DNA of 64,000 bases, taken from contig CAVUUR010000006.1 in NCBI GenBank assembly GCA_963744715.1, positions 64,001 to 128,000 on the forward strand. The letters run 5' to 3'. Positions within the stretch are counted from its first letter, which is position 1, and each line of letters begins with the position of its first letter. Both the position numbers and the translations under genes were made by a program. Shown one piece after another: positions 9,801 to 19,391 of this stretch. This DNA comes from an uncultured bacterium. GTDB lineage: Bacteria > Babelota > Babeliae > Babelales > JACPOV01. The notes under the pieces are model-generated. The model was not told the origin of the DNA and ran no database searches. It saw only the letters and a program-made list of their open reading frames with translations.

Positions 9801-10408
9801 TTTATCTTGGTTTTCAGTGGGGAGGTCTGGGAACATTACTTCTTGCTATCGGTGTTGTTATAGGTAGTATTGGGTATATTGTTAAAGAACCAATTGGTGA
9901 CTTTATTTCTTATTTTATCATTTTGGTACAACGACCTGTTCAAATAGGCGATTACATTCTGTTAGATGAAGAAAATCAAGGTGTGGTAAGAAAAATTACA
10001 CCTCGTTCCGTTATTTTGCGCCGCAAAGATAGTTATACCATTATTTTGCCAAACTCGATGCTGTTAAATCGACCGATAAACAATTGGAACTATGCTCGTA
10101 ACTTTGTTGCCTTTGATGATATTGAATTTACGGTTCCTTACACGGTTGACCCAGTGCAAGTAAAATCATTAGTTGCTCAAGTACTCGATCAAAGCCTTGA
10201 TATCTTAAAAAGCCCGCGGCCTATCATTCGTTTGCACGATTTTGGTGAATACGGTTTTGTGTTTAAGGTGCGTGGTTTTATTAGTGATGTTAATATTCCA
10301 CGTAAATGGGATATTGCCAGTGATATCCGTTTTGCGCTGGTTAAATCATTAACAGAACATGGTATCAAAATTGCAATTCCTACAAGAATTATTTTGAGCA
10401 AAGAATAG
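6857..10408 (+). CDS. Large MscS-family mechanosensitive channel (MscK-like: signal peptide, long coiled coil, multi-TM region, MscS core)
   Basis: C-terminal RPVQIGDYI..GVVRKITPRSV..IILPNSML..NW motif; about 540 aa coiled N-region. Confidence 0.9.
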   Translation: MNKTRFFFIHILLFFQTTNFCSTIFDSAKTLFVLGRNEHEEQLNHLKSEFATLQTASQEQLKIVQKHLDQTTRENNDIKNQIKISETDLKMVDFLNKKQSILNEINQTLFNIQFLVKENVSTIEQHIKLLEDYKKDPGFTSLTLEPRSYYTFDFVKNANRKVLYQEDTLSQMQAQKTDALVELDNRKKKLTTAIKESQDAKKAQEEFSSKAATAQQETGTEFNFHQRGELLDLESKLANYEKQLAALKVQEINRRLALINTKIFVEQEKLKILKENLDKAKSGLRVAESEVMQAREKLDKRKQESLAIKDTRYAEIKTLSAQREKLKKELEYLVKRYGITAGHDVTAWTLDTKTIDSYSTLGEMGYKNAQIQLLDRKIDYLRAKIELEEINFNREEINANILNTWYKIKQRKFKSNNEILGEIKRFKEAYEEANRESILFQDKRNASTALLAIQNKELINLRNFIQEVDTEKEQLFKKYPTRYATLSIRLHESEKIIAEQIENNSKLIEAYSSLIATFDETIKELSFILNELETKSIWQRSEYAISWQGVKNIIPDIIYFMVDVEQLGALYIMNMSTSNTILWLTSIVQTPTRIIIYLCILLILILLFVLLRLWLANLQDYFLALKFRNRILSLSSKVLSAICSFLHAHFVSFFIWLVLFAVIYTEMISELFPRIMFYLISIPYLLYLSTMFIRFLIQFNEKHRMILFGKHFERRFVIVFSLFAYVTIVILFFREAFILVTLHKSELPTILLAMYSIFLRTLIIFSIGKEEVLSLIANRSGFWMWISPYVDTYYYLLLISIIGIMIISDPYVGGYGNLVSYILWGVVGSLILLKIFFTMHLYFKRMSVKIFFDTDEEVMHKRFAYAKTGYGLFVITLFIIFTLVGIFIATKIWNVPISLHDIAQMSYFPLFDTGFDKNTGQVIWFTPLKFFIIIAFILGGFIFAIIVNRYILRFIFDLLPVDLGVQNTVVSITRYLIIVIAIYLGFQWGGLGTLLLAIGVVIGSIGYIVKEPIGDFISYFIILVQRPVQIGDYILLDEENQGVVRKITPRSVILRRKDSYTIILPNSMLLNRPINNWNYARNFVAFDDIEFTVPYTVDPVQVKSLVAQVLDQSLDILKSPRPIIRLHDFGEYGFVFKVRGFISDVNIPRKWDIASDIRFALVKSLTEHGIKIAIPTRIILSKE

Positions 10409-10422
10409 TACCAGAAACCGTA

Positions 10423-10647
10423 TTAATGTTTCTTTTGTTGTCTTTCTTGTTTTTTAATAAAGTGCATTATTTTTACGCTGATGCGCGTTTTTATAAGGCC
10501 GTATATGATTAACGTGATTGAGATAAATACCACAATCCAATTTAATTGCAAAATATTAAGAACGTGAAGGAGCATGAGAGTTCCCAAGATGAGAGCACCA
10601 AAACCTTTTTGTTCATCAGATAATTTAGTTATATTAAAATTTGTCAT
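10423..10647 (-). CDS. Small two-TM membrane protein
   Basis: 74 aa, two hydrophobic segments, basic tail, RBS GGGAG. Confidence 0.7.
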   Translation of the reverse strand: MTNFNITKLSDEQKGFGALILGTLMLLHVLNILQLNWIVVFISITLIIYGLIKTRISVKIMHFIKKQERQQKKH

Positions 10648-10822
10648 ACAAAACTCCCTTATTTTATATACTTTACTTTGATTTGATTAGTATCATAATG
10701 GTGTAAAATAATACAAGCTTTGCTATAATTTTTTCTCCACAATATTTTATGGACAAGATATTAGTAATAAGAATCAAAATTATCTGAAACATTATTTTGA
10801 AGTAAGATAACTCGTTATTAAT

Positions 10823-11224
10823 CTAACTGTCCAATATCTGCTGAAGCACATCTCTATTTTGCTCAAGCGCATCTCTATCTTGAAGATATAAAAGCCTTTC
10901 ATATTGAGCATTACTTATATTGAATGTTTCGATCGGATAACCCTTAAATTGATAAATTAAATAATGACTTTCAGGCGTTAAGGGCACATTATGATCCCCA
11001 TTTGCATTAAGATATATTGCCTCATTATCATTCCCGGTTATACTTAAGCTCTGTTGTGATGGAATACGCTTTTTTTCAAACGTAAACTTACGCTTTTGCT
11101 TAAATTTAAAATGTACCGTGAATTCAGATCCTGAAAAGTTGTGAATCTTATAAGTAGATTTCGCCCCATTAGTTACTCTGAATACCATTACCATTAATAA
11201 AAAAATGATTACTTTAACCTTCAT
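10823..11224 (-). CDS. Hypothetical secreted protein
   Basis: Signal-like MKVKVIIFLLMVMVF, RBS AGGAG upstream. Confidence 0.65.
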   Translation of the reverse strand: MKVKVIIFLLMVMVFRVTNGAKSTYKIHNFSGSEFTVHFKFKQKRKFTFEKKRIPSQQSLSITGNDNEAIYLNANGDHNVPLTPESHYLIYQFKGYPIETFNISNAQYERLLYLQDRDALEQNRDVLQQILDS

Positions 11225-11364
11225 GATAACAATCAACTCCTTCTATTTTCTATATGTACCATAACAACGGCAGTATAGAATATAGTTTTTTTAGTAAAAA
11301 ACAAATTTATTATCTTAATGTACGTTCGGATTAGAAATTTGCGACAATAAAACGTTAACGGATA

Positions 11365-12513
11365 TTATTTCGCAAGAGCTTGATACGCCGTAATTACCGC
11401 GTGAACAAATGCTTCGGGATGATAAGTGCGACTCATTTCAGATGCTTTTTGGCTCGTGGCATTATAAAGATGTGCATCAGAAACTAATAATTCGATAGTC
11501 ATTTTCATTTCATGTTCAGAATGTACTAAAAAACCATTAACACCATCTACTATGGATTCTTGTTGCGCAGGTGCGTTAAGAGCTATGATAGGCAACCCAC
11601 ATGCCATCGCTTCGGCAAGAACGATGCCTTGCGTTTCCGATTGCGAGGCAAAAAGAAACATATCTGCATTGTTATACAATTCTATGAGTTTATCTTTTGA
11701 TGGCTTTACACTAAACATTACCTGCTTGGCAGACAACTTAAGCTCACTATAAGCATAATGCTGTAATGCTTCACATTCACTGCCATAGCCAACAAGGTGT
11801 AGCGTATAATAATCCGGGTCAAGCATGCTCATAACACGTAATAAAAAAGGAATATTTTTTTCTTTGGTAAAGCGGCTCACACTTAACAAATTATAAGTTG
11901 TTTTATGTAACAAGGATTTTGTTTTTTGTTGTATAAAAAATTGCTCATTAATAGCGCTTGGAATAATTGCATGCACGCCCGAAATACCTTTATCTTGCAA
12001 TTGCTTTGTCAAAAATGAACTGGGGAAAATGAGCATATCAACCGCTTTACAAAAATATCTTAAACGACGTTCAAGCAAGAGGTAACTCATAAAACGAGGT
12101 AATGGAACATAATGTAAATACGCTTCATAACGAGTATGATACGTAAACAATATCGGAATATTATAGGAGCGGGCTACGCGCAAAGCTGATATACCCAATA
12201 GGAATGGGTGATGCACATGAATAATAGTTGGATTCAATAATTCAATAAGCCGTTGCAATTTTTTTTTGGCCCGCAACGGAATTGCCATATAATTCCCTTT
12301 ATATTTAAAACGCAATAGTGAAGGAATGCGTATGACATCCTGCTCAACAGGTTGCTCACAGCCAAGAAAATCCAGCGTAACAATAACTGGTCGATGCCCC
12401 TTTTTTTTTAGTTCCGCACATAATACATCCAGTGAGCTAACAACGCCTCCTGAATACGGGCGATAATTGTTAGTAATGAGTAATACGGTTAATGATTGTC
12501 CGGAACTATACAT
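11365..12513 (-). CDS. GT4 family glycosyltransferase (diacylglycerol glucosyltransferase-like)
   Basis: YRPYSGGV, IHVHHPF, FTYHTRY, SRFTKEKN, SETQGIVLAEAMACGLP. Confidence 0.92.
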   Translation of the reverse strand: MYSSGQSLTVLLITNNYRPYSGGVVSSLDVLCAELKKKGHRPVIVTLDFLGCEQPVEQDVIRIPSLLRFKYKGNYMAIPLRAKKKLQRLIELLNPTIIHVHHPFLLGISALRVARSYNIPILFTYHTRYEAYLHYVPLPRFMSYLLLERRLRYFCKAVDMLIFPSSFLTKQLQDKGISGVHAIIPSAINEQFFIQQKTKSLLHKTTYNLLSVSRFTKEKNIPFLLRVMSMLDPDYYTLHLVGYGSECEALQHYAYSELKLSAKQVMFSVKPSKDKLIELYNNADMFLFASQSETQGIVLAEAMACGLPIIALNAPAQQESIVDGVNGFLVHSEHEMKMTIELLVSDAHLYNATSQKASEMSRTYHPEAFVHAVITAYQALAK

Positions 12514-12526
12514 AGATAATGTGATC

Positions 12527-13189
12527 TTATTTTTTGCTTGGAAATGATTGATTGCCCAGTTTTTTCCAATCAGCATTGAACAAGGTAATTCCTTGATCGG
12601 TAAGCGGATGTTCCGTAGCTTTTTCTAACAAAGAAACGGGTACGGTAGCAACATCCGCACATGCCATAATCGCGGTATGTAAATGGCGTGGGTGGCGCAG
12701 CGAAGCTGCAAGTATTTTTGTTGAATAGCCATAGGCATCAATCATATCCCGTAATTGAAAAAGAGTATCGGATCCTTCTACGTCAATATCATCCCAGCGC
12801 CCAACAAAAGGAGAAATATATTTTACGCCTAGTTTAGCCATAAAAAGACCTTGAATGAGCGTAAAAACTAAGGTTATATTGATTGCAATGTTTTCATTAA
12901 CCAGTTTACTGATAATTTCATAATATTGTTGGGAGCAAGGAATTTTTACCACAACGTTGCTTGCTAATTTTGCTATGGCATGAGCTTGTTTATATACCGC
13001 CGCAGGATCCGTTTCAGTAACTTCAATACTAACGTCACGATCTTTCATGATAGTACAAATTTCGGAAGCAATTGCAGTTGAATCACCGCCTTCTTTACTT
13101 AAATTTGAAGGATTTGTAGTAATACCATCAATCATAAATGACCATTTTTTTATAGAGTCAATATGAGAAGTATCTAAAAATAGTTGCAT
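12527..13189 (-). CDS. tal: Transaldolase (small Tal/Fsa family, transaldolase-type residues)
   Basis: FLDT, GITTNPS, SIEV (Glu), VVKIP Schiff-base Lys, ISPFVGRWDD (Phe). Confidence 0.9.
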   Translation of the reverse strand: MQLFLDTSHIDSIKKWSFMIDGITTNPSNLSKEGGDSTAIASEICTIMKDRDVSIEVTETDPAAVYKQAHAIAKLASNVVVKIPCSQQYYEIISKLVNENIAINITLVFTLIQGLFMAKLGVKYISPFVGRWDDIDVEGSDTLFQLRDMIDAYGYSTKILAASLRHPRHLHTAIMACADVATVPVSLLEKATEHPLTDQGITLFNADWKKLGNQSFPSKK

Positions 13190-13306
13190 AATAAACTCCT
13201 TACGATTTAATTAATCAATTATGAAATATAATGCATATAATTAGTGTTTGCCAATTCTACATAATTTGCAATAATTAATTAACAATATTAAGAAAAGGAA
13301 TACCCA

Positions 13307-14374
13307 ATGAAATATGTATTGTTATCTACTTTTTCTATCATAACGTTTTTCTCTATAGTTGCACAAGAACAACCAATAATTACGCCTACCATTACCACAC
13401 TTTTTGGAAATTTTGCTATTACTGAGCCGGTATTACAAGAACTCCTGGAATGTCCTACCATGCAACGATTAAAAAATATTCATCAGTATGGGATGCGCTA
13501 TTATGCAGGTTGTACCCAACCTTATTCACGGTATGAGCATAGCATTGGCGTATTAGCATTATTGCGTCGCTATGGGGCAAATCTTGAAGAACAAATTGCA
13601 GGCCTTTTGCATGATGCTTCTCATACTGTTTTTTCTCATATTGCTGAGTTTCTTTTTAAACATAAATCTTTAGTAACCTCATATCAAGATGATATTCATC
13701 ACTGGTTGCTGGAACAAACGGAAGTTCCGGCGATTTTAGCCAAACACAACATATCATTTGATGAAATTATTAATAAAAAATGTCTCTACAAATGTTTGGA
13801 GCAAGATTTGCCGTATTTATGCGCTGACCGCATTGAATATAATATACATGGTGGTTTTTTAGAAAACTATATCACCAAAGAAGAAATCGACACCTTACTC
13901 GACACACTTTTTTTTGAACATGGACAATGGTTTTTTACTGATCCTGTACAAGCAGAAAAACTTGGGCGAATTTCTCTCGCATTAACCGAAAATGTCTTTG
14001 CTGCGCCGTTTGATTGGCTTATTAATCATTGGGGAGCACAAGCGTTGCAACGAGCATTGGATATTCATATCATAACGCTCAATGATATTCATTTTTCTAC
14101 TGATGCAATAATCTGGGAACGTTTACAATTAAGTAATGATGTTGAACTACAACAACTACGTGCCACTATCGCAACGTGCAAAAATAATTTTGTAATAACT
14201 AACGCGACCGCACACTATGATTATTGTATTCATCCTAAATTTAGAGGCGTTGACCCTTTGGTAAAAACAAATAAGGGTTTGCAACCATTAACACACCTAA
14301 ATACAGCCTATGCTCATGATTATTATGCGTTAAAAAATACGTTAGCCGAAGGAATTTATATTACGCTACAATAA
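13307..14374 (+). CDS. HD-domain phosphohydrolase (dNTP triphosphohydrolase/SAMHD1-like family) with signal peptide
   Basis: MQRLKNIHQYG, SRYEHSIG, LLHDASH, ADRIEY. Confidence 0.85.
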   Translation: MKYVLLSTFSIITFFSIVAQEQPIITPTITTLFGNFAITEPVLQELLECPTMQRLKNIHQYGMRYYAGCTQPYSRYEHSIGVLALLRRYGANLEEQIAGLLHDASHTVFSHIAEFLFKHKSLVTSYQDDIHHWLLEQTEVPAILAKHNISFDEIINKKCLYKCLEQDLPYLCADRIEYNIHGGFLENYITKEEIDTLLDTLFFEHGQWFFTDPVQAEKLGRISLALTENVFAAPFDWLINHWGAQALQRALDIHIITLNDIHFSTDAIIWERLQLSNDVELQQLRATIATCKNNFVITNATAHYDYCIHPKFRGVDPLVKTNKGLQPLTHLNTAYAHDYYALKNTLAEGIYITLQ

Positions 14375-14621
14375 CTGCATATTTCGTTAAAAAATTAACA
14401 AATTTTTACATTTTTCATCAAAAATGTCATTTTTCCCTTTAAATCTAAAGTTTTTTAAGATAACTCTTGCATTTTATATAGTTCAAATAGTAAAATAATT
14501 ATAATTATAAATATATTAAATTAATTAATATTTATTTTAATTATGCATAAAGCACATAAAAAAACTCACATAAACCAAAAGCGTATTCGTAATTTTACAA
14601 ACAACTAAAAAAGGAAAAATA

Positions 14622-15449
14622 ATGATATCAAAAAAACATCTTATTTTTTATATAGTGTTACTGGCTATTCCAGTAACTGATATGTTTTCTCGTGGGGGCG
14701 GCGGAGGCGGCCATGGCGGTGGCGGTGGTCACGGCGGTGGGGGCGGAGGTTTCCACGGCGGCGGAGGCGGCGGCCGAGGTGGCTATAGTGGCGGTGGCGT
14801 TTCACGTGGCGGAGGCTACAGAAGTTCAGGTGTTGCACGAAGTGGTGGCGCAGGAACCCGTAGCGTTTCGCATACTAGTGCTTCCAGAGTTTCACGTACC
14901 GGTGCAACCGGAAGAACCACGGCAGCTCGTGTTAACAGATCAAACGCTGCAGTACGAAATATAGGGCGTGGAACTGGCGCTAGAGGAACTCACGCGGGTG
15001 CTTTAGGCAGAGGTGGTAGAGGAACTCACGCAGCAAACAGAAACCTTGCACACAATAAGCAAAATTTACATAACTTTAACAATCACTGGAACGGCCATCA
15101 TGGATGGGGCAATAACTGGTGGAACAACGGTTGGGGCTGGGGTGGTCTCGGTTTAGGTTTAGGTCTCGGTTTCGGCTGGTGGTGGGGAAGTCCATTCTGG
15201 CTGTATAGTCCTTGGTGGTATTGGGGATATAATGATTATAACCCATGGTGGACTGCTAGCATACCTGAAATACAGGTAGTAAGTTCTAGTGACTATGAAA
15301 GTTTACCGGAAGATCAACAAACTTCGTTTATAGATAACAATGTAAATGATCTTCAAAAGGCCATAGACGCACTTACTGATGGTTTAGAAAATCAAAAAAC
15401 GAAGGCTCTTCAAAAGCTTGATGAAAGAGTCAACGCACTGGGTATGTAA
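14622..15449 (+). CDS. Secreted Gly/Arg-rich, Trp-rich low-complexity protein
   Basis: Signal peptide, poly-G and RGG repeats, W/N/G-rich block, C-terminal coil; RBS AAGGA. Confidence 0.85.
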   Translation: MISKKHLIFYIVLLAIPVTDMFSRGGGGGGHGGGGGHGGGGGGFHGGGGGGRGGYSGGGVSRGGGYRSSGVARSGGAGTRSVSHTSASRVSRTGATGRTTAARVNRSNAAVRNIGRGTGARGTHAGALGRGGRGTHAANRNLAHNKQNLHNFNNHWNGHHGWGNNWWNNGWGWGGLGLGLGLGFGWWWGSPFWLYSPWWYWGYNDYNPWWTASIPEIQVVSSSDYESLPEDQQTSFIDNNVNDLQKAIDALTDGLENQKTKALQKLDERVNALGM

Positions 15450-15471
15450 TAAATAAAAAAAAGGAAAAACA

Positions 15472-15720
15472 ATGAATAAAAAGAATATATTATATCTTAC
15501 AGGACTTATGTTAACCACAGGCTCACTGTTCTCAGCAGATGCAGATCGTCTTGCTAAATTACAAGAACAAGTTAACGCTATTGTAAAAAACTCAAAAGAA
15601 CAAGCTGACGCGATTAATAGGTTAGCTAGTAACATTTTACAACTTGAGCGAAAACAAAAAGGCGCTGGCGCTGCGGAATCTAAGTCTGGCATGGAATCTG
15701 AAGACTCAGACATGGATTAA
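15472..15720 (+). CDS. Small secreted coiled-coil protein
   Basis: Signal peptide, heptad pattern, RBS context like that of the upstream gene. Confidence 0.75.
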   Translation: MNKKNILYLTGLMLTTGSLFSADADRLAKLQEQVNAIVKNSKEQADAINRLASNILQLERKQKGAGAAESKSGMESEDSDMD

Positions 15721-15739
15721 TTGTTTTGATAAAAACAAA

Positions 15740-15768
15740 AAGAGGGATGTATTTACTACATCCCTCTT
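15740..15768 (+). terminator. Hairpin terminator between convergent genes
   Basis: aagagggatgta-tttac-tacatccctctt perfect stem. Confidence 0.75.
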
Positions 15769-15845
15769 ACCAATAATACTTTCATAATAAGCTCATTACC
15801 TACAATACATTGCAGTAGAATGACTTTTTTCGCGGATACCTATTT

Positions 15846-16817
15846 TTATACAAATATTAACTTAATGAGATTGGCAATGAAAAGATACGGGCCTAAAACT
15901 ATTGATGCAACCGTAGAAAACTTACCATAAGGAACCGCTGGAACCTTTTTTTGTGCACAAATTTCTGGGCGCAATGCTACTTCTTCGATGGTGGGTTGAT
16001 AGTTCGATAGTAAAGAATTTCCTTGCTGGGCAGCCTGTTCATTATGCGGCAAATGATATTTTTTTAACCAGGCATGAACACCGTTAATATATTCTTGTAC
16101 ATAAGTACCAATCATCAACTTACCGTGTAATCCATCAGCAAATTCACATAAATACACATCGCCATGCCCATTTTTAACCAATTGGCAATATAAATTACGG
16201 GAACTTTTAATCGGCACAACCTGATCATTTTGAGCATGAATAAATATAATGGGGATATCGTGAGCAATTTCATTAATACTCTCTGCAGGAAAAATACCTA
16301 AGGGGTCAACGGCCTTAAAGTGAAATTGCGCTATTTTAATCCCTACAGAAGTAGGTAAAAAACCAAGATGAAAGCGATTCATAAGATGTTCAACTAAATT
16401 AACCAAGGTGTCAAAAGGCGATTCAAGTATTAATGCTTTAACATTCTTTGGCTTATAATGCGCCATGTAATTGAGTATAGTTGCAGAACCACGAGAAAGC
16501 CCTATAAAAACAACATCGTATCCCGGGAATTGCATCATTGCCCTTTGATAGGCACCATGCAACGCCTCCATATCAATTTTTTGCCCTAAATTAACAAGAT
16601 TTGAATCATATTGATCGGTGCCTTTTGCATCTGGAAAATCAAAAGAAATTATAGGCCCAGAGGCCAAAGCAGCAAAAAGATCTGCCTGTTTTTGCGTTGC
16701 TCCTAAGCCATGAGCAAATATATAAACAATATTTGACGAATATGCATACGCTGTAAAAAACAGGAAAATTATAGATAATAATGGCTTGAGCATTTTTTTC
16801 ATAATGCAGTTTTTCAT
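15846..16817 (-). CDS. Alpha/beta hydrolase with signal peptide
   Basis: AHGLG oxyanion loop, GLSRG nucleophile elbow, LILESPF, IHAQNDQVVP (Asp), GLHG (His). Confidence 0.9.
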   Translation of the reverse strand: MKNCIMKKMLKPLLSIIFLFFTAYAYSSNIVYIFAHGLGATQKQADLFAALASGPIISFDFPDAKGTDQYDSNLVNLGQKIDMEALHGAYQRAMMQFPGYDVVFIGLSRGSATILNYMAHYKPKNVKALILESPFDTLVNLVEHLMNRFHLGFLPTSVGIKIAQFHFKAVDPLGIFPAESINEIAHDIPIIFIHAQNDQVVPIKSSRNLYCQLVKNGHGDVYLCEFADGLHGKLMIGTYVQEYINGVHAWLKKYHLPHNEQAAQQGNSLLSNYQPTIEEVALRPEICAQKKVPAVPYGKFSTVASIVLGPYLFIANLIKLIFV

Positions 16818-17103
16818 ATTTATAAATATTTAATTATATTTTTATTTTTAATTGTATCACAATATGCCAAAATAATCAATCTACTTGGCATAAAAAATCC
16901 CCGTAAAATAATACAATGAGAAATCAGTTTAAAAAATTATCCCTAAACAACAACAAGCCCACCCACTATTAACGAGAAAATTTTGACGGGGAAATATTCT
17001 AAATAACCCAAAAAATTTGGTATAAAAAGCATATAAAAGCGTATAATGGACAATCATACACTTATTTTTTGCTTAAAATCGAAGGAATTTTGCTTATATT
17101 TTT

Positions 17104-17487
17104 TTAAATTGACTCAATTCTAACAATAGTCATTTCTTGACGATGACCCTTTTTAACCCGTGATTTCTTGCGTCGTTTAAACTTAAAAATAATCACTTTA
17201 GGTCCACGCATTTGCTTTACGATAGATGCAGCAACTGATTTAGCCAAAAAAGGTTTCCCTATTTCCATGCTATCAGCACCTTCTTTACGGAATAATACCT
17301 CATTAAATTCAATTTTATCCCCTACTTCACCCTCTATTTTTTCAATAGCGATAGTTTTACCTTCTATAGCCTGGTATTGCTTGCCGCCTGTTTGAATAAT
17401 GGCATAACGATCAAAAGACATAATAGTGTCATTATGCTCTTCCTGGGTTTCTGGAGCGGGAGCTACTGCTGTTTTTTTGTTTTCCAT
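17104..17487 (-). CDS. rplU: 50S ribosomal protein L21 (short N-terminal extension)
   Basis: YAIIQTGGKQY...FKFKRRKKSRVKKGHRQ. Confidence 0.97.
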   Translation of the reverse strand: MENKKTAVAPAPETQEEHNDTIMSFDRYAIIQTGGKQYQAIEGKTIAIEKIEGEVGDKIEFNEVLFRKEGADSMEIGKPFLAKSVAASIVKQMRGPKVIIFKFKRRKKSRVKKGHRQEMTIVRIESI

Positions 17488-17663
17488 TGATGGATCCTTT
17501 GTCTATCAAAATAACTATATTTTAATTTATGGTACCAAAACCTTCAATTTTGTCTAGGGGAAATGCATATTTTATTTTTTCTACTAGCAACTTTTAAAAT
17601 ATTTGTTACATTAATATAGTATGTTTTTGATTTGTTGCTATATTTTTAAGGTATTTAAAAAGT

Positions 17664-19391
17664 ATGTTTAGCAAAAAAACCCTTTCCATCATTATTTCAT
17701 TGCTCTTCGCACGGTATGGACTAGCATTACCTCTTGAACAAAATAAGCAATATCCTTTTTTTGAAACGCTCTATAAAACTCTTTATGCTGAAAGCAAAAA
17801 TTCAAGCATTCACGCCTCAAGAATCAATTACATTTTAGAGGGAATTAGTGATAAAAAAAACCCCGAACGCTTGAGTACTTTTTTGCAAGCTATTCACACC
17901 TATCAAGCACAAACTTCCCCTAAAACCGCACTTGATGAAAAATTATATGAACAAACTGAACTTCTCGTTTTAGCGTTAATAGCTATTCATCAAGCAGAAT
18001 CATTGTGCATGGACCTTTTGATGGTTCTTAATAATCTTCTTATGTACCAACAGTACTGGGAAAAAATTAATATTAAACCTATCAGAAAAATAACCGCCCA
18101 AGGCCCTTTAGGGTGGACCAAAAAAGAAGAATCTCAGAATAATGAACAGCTACGCAAAACATTGGAACAAGAAATTGAGACAGCAACCCATTACCTGGGT
18201 GCCTTATATTATCATTTGCAACAATTTTCTTACGTGCAAACCGATCAAGATGTCGATCAAAATATTCAAAAAACAGCAATTATTATTAGCGATTGTTTAA
18301 AACATTCAACAATTAATCAAGATTCTTCAACTGAACTGATTTCTCATAAACAATTACATATTATGTTTCTTACTAATTGGAGCCGCATCGCTACGTATAA
18401 AAAAGATAGGCTCGTTGCGCTCGCAGAGGTAAAAAAACCATCTCACTTGCAACATTATTGGCTTGATTATACTCTTGGCGCATTAGCTATTGGCGCAGCA
18501 GGATTATATTGGTATCACCACCAAGAAGAATGCAATAAATTACAAGAAACGGTACAAGCAGCCATACCTAATTTTTATAGAAATTATCTTTTTGGCCCCT
18601 TCAAACGTATATATAATCTAATTTTTTCAAATAACAATGCATTATCAAAAGAAGATCTCGATCACGAACGGGCTGTTAATGAAGCAATAATTGCTCATGA
18701 CCAAGAGGGATTTGCGGCAATATACAAAGATTTATTACGCAAAGGACAACCTAATCTTTCAGAAGAAGAAATTGAGCAAAAATCTCAAAAAGCAGCATCG
18801 GAGGGAAATTACAGCTTATTTGAACCATCATATGCCAAGCAAGCTAATAATGCAGCATCAAACATATTAAGTCCATCTTGGTATTCTAAGTTGGTGGGTC
18901 AAGAGGGAACGCTTCTTAGTATTTTATTTCTTAAAGTACAACGAGCTTTTATTCTTTCAAATAAGACTAATATGAAACTCAATAACATATTTCATAGGGT
19001 CGACAACTTGGAATTAACCTTACAATTATTTGCAATAATACCCGCCGCTTTATGCATAAATGCTCTTTATAAAATTGGCCAAACTATGTACAACAAACCA
19101 AGCAAGGATATGTACAAGACTATTCATGCCATCTTGTTAAAAATGGAGCGCATTCTCAATAAACATAATACTACTGATCAATGTATGAATTTCCAAGCTC
19201 AGGGCCTTTTACTATATTGGGTTTATGCATTACAAAAATATCACACCTCTATTCCTGCTACTTACGCAGATGATTTTCAAGCAGATATTATTGAACTTTC
19301 ATCATCGCACTACGAAATACATCAAAAATTGGGAACGATACAAAGAATGTATCGCGCATATCCTTTCTTGGCTGCTCAAATAATGTGCTAA
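17664..19391 (+). CDS. Putative NCA2/DGS1-like membrane protein
   Basis: Ordered motifs KP....YW..YT.GA, F..PF..I, L.LQLFAIIPA, ERIL, GLLLY, DIIEL, KL..IQRM...Y recalled from the NCA2/DGS1 family. Confidence 0.6.
   Translation: MFSKKTLSIIISLLFARYGLALPLEQNKQYPFFETLYKTLYAESKNSSIHASRINYILEGISDKKNPERLSTFLQAIHTYQAQTSPKTALDEKLYEQTELLVLALIAIHQAESLCMDLLMVLNNLLMYQQYWEKINIKPIRKITAQGPLGWTKKEESQNNEQLRKTLEQEIETATHYLGALYYHLQQFSYVQTDQDVDQNIQKTAIIISDCLKHSTINQDSSTELISHKQLHIMFLTNWSRIATYKKDRLVALAEVKKPSHLQHYWLDYTLGALAIGAAGLYWYHHQEECNKLQETVQAAIPNFYRNYLFGPFKRIYNLIFSNNNALSKEDLDHERAVNEAIIAHDQEGFAAIYKDLLRKGQPNLSEEEIEQKSQKAASEGNYSLFEPSYAKQANNAASNILSPSWYSKLVGQEGTLLSILFLKVQRAFILSNKTNMKLNNIFHRVDNLELTLQLFAIIPAALCINALYKIGQTMYNKPSKDMYKTIHAILLKMERILNKHNTTDQCMNFQAQGLLLYWVYALQKYHTSIPATYADDFQADIIELSSSHYEIHQKLGTIQRMYRAYPFLAAQIMC

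Noticed and set aside
14692..14964. Ala-rich alternate-frame ORF
   Set aside because: Frame shadow of the GGC-rich glycine repeat gene
16898..16992. Imperfect inverted repeat ccccgtaaaat / attttgacgggg downstream of rplU as a possible ncRNA
   Set aside because: Only about 11 bp of pairing across about 70 nt; no SRP, tmRNA, 6S or RNase P motifs seen
17104..17487. rpmA missing next to rplU
   Set aside because: Operon splitting is common and rpmA may lie elsewhere; it cannot be judged from one window
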